DNA from: Neodothiora populina
Taxonomy: Eukaryota
Length of the DNA: 64,000 nucleotides
Assembly: GCF_041146345.1 (NCBI RefSeq)
Contig: NW_027191404.1
Span: 1,116,001 to 1,180,000, forward strand
Direction: 5' to 3'
Shown: one piece after another, positions 54,186 to 64,000 of the stretch
Numbering within the stretch: the stretch's first letter is position 1
Layout of the letters: each line of letters opens with the position of its first letter
Notes under the pieces: model-generated
The model's input: the letters and a program-made list of their open reading frames with translations, nothing else
Told to the model about the DNA's origin: nothing
The model's database searches: none
Translations under genes and position numbers: made by a program

Positions 54186-57012
54186 GTGTACTAGAACCAT
54201 GAAGCCAGAGACTAGCTAATGATCCATCTGACTATCTATATACAAAGTCTACGCATAGAACGAAAACCAGAAAACAATAACCAAGTATACCTACCCAACC
54301 TGACCTACCTAGCTAAGGTACCTATCTACAGTAATTCTTCGTGCCATATCCATCCGTCTCATCTCACAAGTCCTGTATTCTTCTCTCCTGTGCATAATAA
54401 TCAGGTGATGCGTCTCCCACTTACACACCAACGCATTCACGCACGACATCTCCTAAAGACGAAAGCTCGACGTACCAAAAGCAGACAGATATGAACCCGA
54501 ACGACGACAGCCAGCAGCGGCGATGACGCTATAGCAGCCACCACGCAACCACGGTGGCCACGGCTGGCGCCACTGCGGACGGAAAACCTGGTCTGGTCTG
54601 GCTTCGACGCCCCATGTCAGCCACTCGATAGTAAGAATCAATAGATTGAAGATAAGAGGAAGACACGAATACGAATAATGCCACAGATAACAGCAACGAG
54701 GATGATGAAGAATAGGAAAACGAAAGGTAAGGTACAGTAGATACGAAGAAGGATTAAAGTGACGCTCGAAGAACCAGGAGAGTGGAAATACGAGGTTCAA
54801 GCGTAGGGGTTCTCTTGAGTCGGTTGCTATAGCTCGCGAAGAAGTGAATGACCTCCTGCGTGAGCAAGATACGGTGGACTCTATTTGTTCTTTCTGGGTC
54901 TGCGCTTTGTTGCTTGTGAGAGGTGAGGTTTATTATTGTGAAAAGTATGCAGTGCAGTCGAGTGATTATGCTTTTTATCTTTTCGCGGTGAGCGGCCGGC
55001 CAGAACATGGAAATAGAAGAGCCGAAACTCAACTCAACTCAGAAACAGACAAAAGCATGCATTGAGATTAGCAGACAGAAAACCAAGGGTATTACTTGCA
55101 CTGTGTGGCAGTCTTCTCATTTGTTGAAAGTGAAAATCGAAAGTAAAAGGGAAAGGTTCAGAGAACTAAGGTTAGGTGCGAAAGTCAGAGGCGCGCAAGG
55201 TTGACCTGTGAGTTCAAGGGACCATGAAGGGATGTGGGCCAGTTCCAGACTCGCTTGGCAGCTTGCGCCCTTGGGCTTTGGTGGGTGGTGCCATGCTCCC
55301 CTCGGTACTTATGCTGTTTTGCAACAGGTTTCTTCGATGAACAATTCACGTTGCGCGCTGATATCCGGGTCACTGTTCGTCGACTCACCTTGAGGCCTGG
55401 GTTTTGGCGTGTTTTCTGTGCCAAGACGAGTAAGGTCTCACTGTCACGCTGTCTGCTGTCCTCTGGTCGTCGGCGTCTACGAAGCGCAACGGGTAAGGTC
55501 GGGCAGGTCAGATCTGTGTGAGTGAGTGCTTGGCCTTAATGGCGCATCGTTCAAGCCCATGGATACAGTATGACTGCTACAACATGGATGAGGCTTGCGT
55601 ATGGGCATACTACAATGTTTTATAGGTCATGTCGTCGATTGATTGCTATCTTGTCGTCTCGAGTCAGAATATTGGTCGAGTGGATTTGTGACGTCTCTCT
55701 CTCTGCCTCTATATCGCATTCTTCGCTACTGGAGACCTCGGTTCCTCCTTCGTCTCGTATACAGGCAGGCCATGTACATCATTCTGCCTCTCACGCGATG
55801 CAGTTGACACGGCACTTCTCGGAGGCACTTCCAGGCCGGGTAACAGCGATCAAGATGGAGATAAGACAGAGATAGGTCAGTATGACGGTGATGGGTTATC
55901 GACGCGAGATACCAAACGAACAGCGTACGGGAAGAACATAAAGACGTTGGAGAACATCTCGCGTGCGCGTGTCTCAGGTCAGGTGGGAAACACGAAATGA
56001 ATGATCGCACGTGGAGCACTCGATCTGTGCACCCACTGTTCTTCTCTTTTTCTTCTTCTGCCGCTTCTAGCGTAACGGTTGCAGGGCTCAGCGGTGCGTA
56101 AGAATATATGTCGGCAGCTTGATATTGATCGCCCAATCACCCTACGATCCGAATGCTCTTATAAACGGTCACCTGGAAACGGCTGGTTAGTCTCTGATGG
56201 GTAAGGCAAGATTGTCTCGACGCTATGTCCAAATGTTGCCCAAGAAAAGGCACGTCCGACAGGTATCGTACGCACGTGAGTTGTGAGACACGGGCAACCT
56301 TACACTGCCTTCAGCTTGTCTTTCGGCATGCAATCACCACGAGAGAGCCCCACAGCGGAACACATGGCAGCTAAGGTTCTCATTCAATCAGTCTGTCGGA
56401 GCGAAGTTTACTTGACTCACTGCTCGCATGCTTCGCTCAGCATGTAAGGGTCCGTGTAGTAGCGTGCAGTCGGTACCGGCCCTAGTACTGCGTACCTGCA
56501 CTCCATCTCAGCAAGGTTACTCGAATTTCCAAAAGCCTATTGAGCCCCATCTGCAGTGATTTCACCAATCAGACCTTCTTATCATACCGTTTCGATGAAC
56601 CCACCTCGTCCGTTTCTCGGTTGCGTTTGGTTTGCTGACCATGCGGCCACGCGCTTGTGGAGCTGCTAGATGTTCCTGCGTATGGCCATCTATACACCTA
56701 GCAAGATCCATGGCTCCTCCAAGACTTGTGGCGTTTTGGCGGACAGCATACGGGTGGTGGATGATACTTGTAGATGTCGAGATGCTATATAGAGTCATCG
56801 ACAGCCTTACGGTATCTCGAATCATCAATCGAGCCTGCCTTTTCACTCATCAACTGTCTATACAAACAAGACTGTGTTATTCCCTACCGTATATGCATAC
56901 ATTACCTTCGTTCTGGAAATTTGTCACTAGCTTCCTCGAACAATATTGCCGAACAGTGGCTGTTGCTTTGATTAGTAGCATCGTCATCGGCTCATCATCA
57001 ACAGCGATAACA

Positions 57013-57835
57013 ATGTCGACAACCAACACTCCATCGTATAGGCCTCACAATGCCACTCGTGCAGCCGTGGCATTCGTGTCATGCTCAGCAACAATCCTTT
57101 TTGGCATCGTCGTGTCACATCGTCTATCAGCTGCATCATATGAAGAGTTGAGCATCGACAATTATCTCGACCAATTACATCTTCCGGGCTCAAAGCCTTC
57201 GCATCACTCCAGAAATCAATGGGCTTGGGATGTCCTACCTATCATACCTGTAAGTCTATCAAGTCACCCCATTGGCTCCTGCGTTACTATCAGCGGACAT
57301 GTCACTGACATACCATTGCCTGTAGTCTGCAATCTCTACCGTCTGGAACTTGTTCTGCATGTTTGTCCTCACCAAGGACACCCACGATTGGTTACCAAGA
57401 CGTCTTGGCCTCTCCATGGAGCTTGTTTCTGGGGTTCTTCTGATCGTGCTTGGCTATCTGAGCCTCATCTTCAACGTCGTCAGTACCAAAGGCAGCCAAG
57501 AATGGTTGGGTATGCCCAAGGTCGATGCTGCATTAATGGTTGTGGGATTTGTTCTCCTGAACATTTCCGCAATCACACATTTCGTTCTTTTCTGGTTCGG
57601 AACCCGAAGCACAACACAAGAAGTGGATGTCGAAGGCGCAAACGTCGTCGTCGAGACCAGAGAAGTGGCGACCCCGCCGCCTGCCTATGTTCCTGGCATC
57701 TCACTCAACACCGAGACCACAAGTCTGCCGGGTTATGAGGAGACGTACGACGAAAATGTCGACGCAGCCTTCGAGCACGAGAAGGAAAAGGATATCAGGA
57801 TTGATTTCCGCGAAGTTCGATGGGAACATATGTAG
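57013..57835 (+). CDS. Four-TM membrane protein with C-terminal PY motifs
   Basis: ATG 57013 and clean intron 57250-57325 (GTAAGT..ACTGAC..TAG). Four hydrophobic segments; cytosolic tail with PPPAY and LPGY. Confidence 0.8.
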
Positions 57836-59333
57836 AGGACAGCGATTGAGCATTAACGAAATACCATGACATTTTCCAGATCATAAACCATGTTACTCTG
57901 CACATGGTGACCATTTGCCGTAGATGTCAGACTGTTCAGTTCCTCGGATCATGTACAGAAGTAGTGCTGCATGCGGCAGAAAGAAAGTGGAATCTCGAAG
58001 GAGAGGAATGCTAAGATAGTGAAGATGGTGCTGGCTTGCATGGTAGGGCACAAGTCACCATGCATGCAGGATGCACTAACACAATTACTGGATCTCTGAC
58101 AAGTGATTGGGCAATGTGATGACTTGGTGATTGGACTTAGAACCACACCGGGCTGGAAGCTCCAGGGTCCTGAGCCAAGTGGCCAAGCACGAAGCCCCCG
58201 TGCTGGCGAAACACGACTAAGCCAAGCTGATACACTTGTCCAGCGTCTGTGGAAGAAGGGCCTTCCGGTCTACTTGGCCGGTGGGCGTTTCAGGTTTCAC
58301 CAGCAGTGTTTCCAGCTAAAATTGATCGCTGGCGGTGGAAAGATGGAGTTTGATCGACCTCCTGGAGTCACAGTGCACAGGTAGAAAATAGCCAGGAGAA
58401 TGTGCTATGAACCAATGAAACTGCATGGTTGCGTATTTGGCGTAAATTGCATGGCGGCTCCTGGTGTGAAGGCGGTTGTCTGGTGTGCCCCGCCTTCAGC
58501 AGTGTGCAGCATAAACCACCCACTTTCACGCCTGACTGCATTGATTGCTGACTCTCTGTGTCTTGTCAACCAATGCTTTGATACGTTGCTTTTCCCACTC
58601 CTCATCCTTTGCCTCTCTCTGCTGAAACGACCCAGCTGAGCTCTGTCCCATCGACCATCTTGTGTTGTAGATACAAACATAGAAACCATCCGAGTCTATC
58701 CTCAGCGTACACAGCTCGAGCCGAGTTCCTGTGTGGATACATAAACAAAGGTGCGGGCCGGGAGTTTTATGGGGGATAGCTAGAGCTAGATGCAGAGCAG
58801 CGCAGCACAGCACAGCACAGCACATTATTTCCAAGTACTTTTAGCATACTTTAAAGCACGAGAACTAAGCGATACAAGCCCCGCAGTCGTCGACGTCTGA
58901 GCTTCCTCGCCCTCGTTCACGCCCTTTGTGCAATTCGAGCATCGGAAGATACAAATAACACTCGCCGGAAGTGGAAGAGAGCACTGCCTGATTCAGTCGG
59001 ACGCTCAGGTCTACTTTGTTTCTTTCTGTCTACAGTCCGCGGCACAAAGCAAAGAAAGCAATCTGCCATCCAGGGCGCTCACACTTCATCTTGCTTGACC
59101 TGACAATCCCAGCGCCAGACCGCCCTTCAACAACCCTTACCCATCCATCCGTGCTTGTGCTTGCGCATTCCAGTTCCAGCTCGGATTCCACCTCATACCT
59201 TCCCGTCTCGCTGCGCCAGTCGCCGGATCCAGAAGCTCGTCCGCACGTAACTTCCTCCTTGGCTGCCTGACAGGACGCACAATTGTCGCAAAGAAAAAGA
59301 AACCTTGCCGCTGGTCGACTGCAACAACCTCTT

Positions 59334-59443
59334 GTACGTCAATTAAACACCATTGCGCATCCTGCCTGATTATTTCTTGTTGACGTGGCTGTCGGAAATT
59401 TGGTTCCACTGCTTCCTCTGCGTATTAGCTGACTCTGAATCAG
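59334..59443 (+). other. Probable 5'-UTR intron of the MAPK gene
   Basis: GTACGT donor, GCTGAC branch, CAG acceptor, within an ATG-free leader. Confidence 0.6.
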
Positions 59444-59552
59444 ACAATCTACGCCGGGATCCTGTCGCATTTGTCAACATACATATCAATATCACGTCCA
59501 ATCCCTCTTTCATCTTACCTTTCCCCAATCACACATATACACAAAACTCACC

Positions 59553-60732
<1,180 letters not shown>

Positions 60733-60839
60733 TCATGCTTGTCTTGGTTATTTCTCAATCTATTGACATATATTTGCTATTTAAAAAGTACACTATATTT
60801 ATATCAGCAGACGACGAACTCATACTGATCAGTCGATAG

Positions 60840-61134
60840 CAATGCCTCGTTTCCGTATCGCCGTTGCGCGCCCGTTATTGTTCCTATCTACCAACCAACC
60901 ACTCATACCCAGACCCTTGCCAGTCCTTCCAATGCCAAGGACGACAACATCAATGCTCCTGCCGTAACCCTTGAACAGCATGACGGCCACAATTCTCTCG
61001 ACCACGATGTGACGAGTGGTGCTGTGCAGGCGTCCAAAGATGTGGACCACAACCAATCTCGTCCCTACACAACTCCATTGTCTGACCTTCCTATCAACCG
61101 TCCGGCTGCTGATGAACCCAACGATATGGCCTGA
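60840..61134 (+). CDS. Candidate alternative terminal exon of the MAPK (97 extra residues)
   Basis: Donor CG|GTAATC at 60729 overlaps the stop; branch ACTGAT 60824-60829; acceptor TAG 60837-60839. The join is in-frame and open to TGA 61132-61134. Confidence 0.5.
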
Positions 61135-61986
61135 AGGCGCGCGGGCGTGTCTGGGGACATCAAGAGGCCATGGTTCAGAACATTGTGGCCCTGGCTTTCT
61201 TAGACATGTCCACGTTGTCACATGCACCCCATTTTTTCTTTCTTATTGCGGCTCATTCCGAATTACATCTGGGCTTGCTATCTTGGCAGATCGTCGACAA
61301 AGGCTCAGAGGGTGGTTCCTGTCGACGAGATAGTCTCAACAACATACCCAAGACGCAATCAGAGAGTTGCACAACACGCGATTCCTTTTTCCAGCGCATT
61401 GCACTTCATCGGAAAATCCAAGAAGAGCAATGATGACGACAACAACAGCAATGGCAGCGGGCATCTATTTGTTGTTTTCCTCAAGAAAGACATTGTTGCG
61501 AGAAGTTATTTTCTTTCTTCCCTTTTCCTTTTGATCCTCATGTCAGGGATTTGCTACTACACTGGGGGCCCAGAGGATGTTCGGTTTTTGGTCTCCTTTT
61601 CTTATCCTCGAAGATTTCTTGCATCTGGTCGTATGTATGCATCGAGCGACAGGAGTAGGTTTTTTTTTCCGTGTCTTTTGCTTTCCAGACCAGAAATTCG
61701 AGCGTTCAAATGACCAACACAAGAAGTCAATCTTCTCTTTTTGCAGTGATAATGAGTGAAATTGGTAGTGTGCCTACGATACGTGGTTCGTATTCGAATG
61801 ATTCTTGTGATTGTAATCCCCGCTAAGGTTACGGACTTGAACACTCCGAATAGTCGACTGGCGAGGGTGAAAAGGGACGTTATATGTATATGTACAATTC
61901 CGAACCAGCCCAACAAAACTCTCGACTATATCTCGCTGTTCAGAAAACTTCGGCCATGATCAAACAGCACTCATAGAACAATCGAA

Positions 61987-63752
61987 TCAAGTGACTTTAG
62001 TCCCATTACCGGGCAAGGCAACCCTGAACAGAGCAAAAGGGCGCTTTCTATCCTCCGTGCCAGGCCAGATCATGGGCGAGAAACACAATTGATTGACTAA
62101 AGACGAAAAGGTCAGTAACGCGGCCCTTCCATACACAATTCCCTTTCCCCCCAATGGGACAAAAAAAGAAGGGAAGCAGAAGAGGAGAGAAGAAAACTCA
62201 CCAGTGAAATAAAGATAGCGTCCGGCAACACTCATGGTATCAACCCAATTAATCCTGGGATCGCGCACAAACACCCCATCAGTGCCATTGGCGGGATTGA
62301 ACACCCCTATCGCATTCTGCTCCGCGATGCCATGATAGATGAACCCGTTGGAGTCCGTCTCGTAGCCGTCGCTGACGCCCTTTTCGCCGCGCGTCTGCAC
62401 GCTGCCTTGGGCCAGGGCTTCGGAGAAGGCGCTGTTGTCGCGTAGCCGCGCTGTCGGAATAGAGTACAGGATTCGAGAGCCCACGCCGCCGAAGTAGAGG
62501 TCTTCGCTGTCCGCGGAGAGGGCGATGCCGTCTTTTTTTTGTGTATTGAATGTTAGTGATTGAAAACTGGGGTAGCAGAGAGAAAGGGGATGGATAATAG
62601 GGGATTGGAACTGACCTGCGCCGAAACCGAGATAGTTCAGTGGTTGGCCTGCGCTGTACGAGTAGAGCGGACGGCCCCAGACGTAGCCTACGAAGCCTGT
62701 CGTCGAGGCGACGTACTTGCTTCTGTCCAGGTGTCTCCAGCTCTCGCCCGTGCCTAGGTCGACTGTGATGAGGCCGGTGCGGCCTTCTAAGGAGGAGTCG
62801 GTGATGTAAGCCACGCCTTGGCCGCTGGCTGTGATGTTGATTCGCAGGTCGAAGCGGACGTCGTTGAGGTACGAGTCTGCGGGTGCTACTGTGGTGGGGA
62901 AGACGATTGTCTTGAAGACGGTGTCGTTTGACAGATTGATGCCTACTAATTTGGGGCCTCCGTAGCTTGCGGGTACCACAGTGCCGTTGGGAGACATTAC
63001 TGAGGTGGGAATAGGTTGTCAGTTTCATTGTTCTTCCGAATGTCCATCTCAAGCAACCGTCAGACAGCAGGAAGACATTGTGCATGTCTCATAAATTCGG
63101 AAGGGAGGGCCGAGTCATTTTTCTGAGTATTTGATGATGCACAATTGGGAGAGGTTCACAATATACCGATCAACTCGCATCTCAACACAAAGAGAGCAGT
63201 TCAAACTCACCACGACCAGTATCAAGTACCCATAACCGATCCGCGGAATCAACAACAACACTCTGCACGCCAATAAAGTGATTCTGATAATTGGCTCCAC
63301 TCGGCGGATAGGTGCTCATGTTGATCGCGCCACCAGGAGGACTGTTCCAGTCCACGCTGGGATATGCTCTCTCTGAGCTGTTCGCGGTGAGTTCAGCAAC
63401 GGTGTATTTGCCATTGGTGCCGTTGTTGGTGTTATTCATGTCCAGACCGCCTGTAGGAAAGAGATCAGAGGGTGATAAGAATGATAGAACTGAAGAGCGT
63501 GATATCTTGAGTGCACGATGTGTACAGGAGACGAGGGGTGGCTGCGAGAACTATTGTCATAAGAAATGACTTACCAGGGTAATTAGAGAACATGCGTCCA
63601 GTCGACGAAACGGCAATGCCCGTCGGCCATTGATCATAGTACAAGTGAACCAATTCGAGAGGTGGTCCTTGTTGCCCCGAGTCGGTGATGAGTTGGCTAG
63701 AACCCAAGAAGGGCAGCAGCATGGCTCCCGCATAGAGCGATGTCGGCCACAT
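61987..63752 (-). CDS. Secreted major royal jelly / yellow-family beta-propeller protein
   Basis: Signal peptide MWPTSLYAGAMLLPFLGSS, then WPTGIAVSSTGRMFSNYP, IGVQSVVVDSADRLWVLDTGR, YLNDVRFDL, AYITDSS, DGIALS, RDPRINWVDT. Four introns. Confidence 0.93.
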
Positions 63753-64000
63753 TATGTTGACCACTAGGGGTTTCACTTTTTGACAGTATGGTCTATTACG
63801 AGGCAAGGAGAAGAGATTGAGGTTGGATGAAAGATATGAACAAGATACAGAAAAAAGACGGGTAGGTATGTTTACCTTAATACCACTGTACCTTACCTTT
63901 AAAGTGACGTGCTCTGTCTACGACTTCATCACTGCATCTCAGATACCTTACCTTGATGTGAACAATGATCATACTGTGATACTAAATGTACGTCATTATT

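Noticed and set aside
53567..54219. 211-aa and 174-aa ORFs after ATG26
   Set aside because: Low-complexity T-rich and (GA)n 3'-UTR sequence.
55150..55200. CCTAACC on the minus strand as a telomerase RNA template
   Set aside because: Does not give a full 1.5-repeat CCCTAA template.
56632..57738. 368-aa ORF
   Set aside because: Composite of upstream sequence, exon 1, the retained intron and an off-frame exon 2 of the 4-TM gene.
58110..58180. GTGATGA...CTGA box C/D-like pair
   Set aside because: Only about 58 nt long, and I recognise no rRNA-complementary guide; would need an Rfam/snoscan hit.

Overview
Eukaryotic genomic DNA from a filamentous ascomycete (Pezizomycotina; Dothideomycete-like by inference). 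It is gene-dense, with short GT-AG introns (CTRAY branch points) and many microsatellites. I support about 22 genes, mostly housekeeping: eIF2B-epsilon, an Ariadne RBR E3 ligase, Inp1, formamidase, UsgS, SCOT, a DUF6594 protein, RasGAP, a small 4-exon unknown, Mis14/Nsl1, ODC antizyme, a Zn2Cys6 factor, a MYST acetyltransferase, Hem4, Erv1, an uncharacterised protein, Pep4, Atg26, a 4-TM PY-motif protein, a Fus3/Kss1 MAPK and a yellow/MRJP protein, plus a broken Tc1-like HTH ORF. I saw no tRNA, rRNA, CRISPR array or intact transposon. The most interesting signals are hidden coding layers. (1) A splice donor overlaps the MAPK stop codon and would splice in-frame to a cryptic 97-codon exon. (2) The Ariadne ligase has an AUG-less, NLS-bearing in-frame leader, with a candidate ACG start in CCACC context giving 116 extra residues. 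(3) The antizyme +1 frameshift occurs at GUU-UGA and is only brought into ORF1's frame by splicing. (4) The usgS-fmdS gene pair is conserved but split by the HTH relic. All gene identities and exon boundaries were read by eye, with no database searches.
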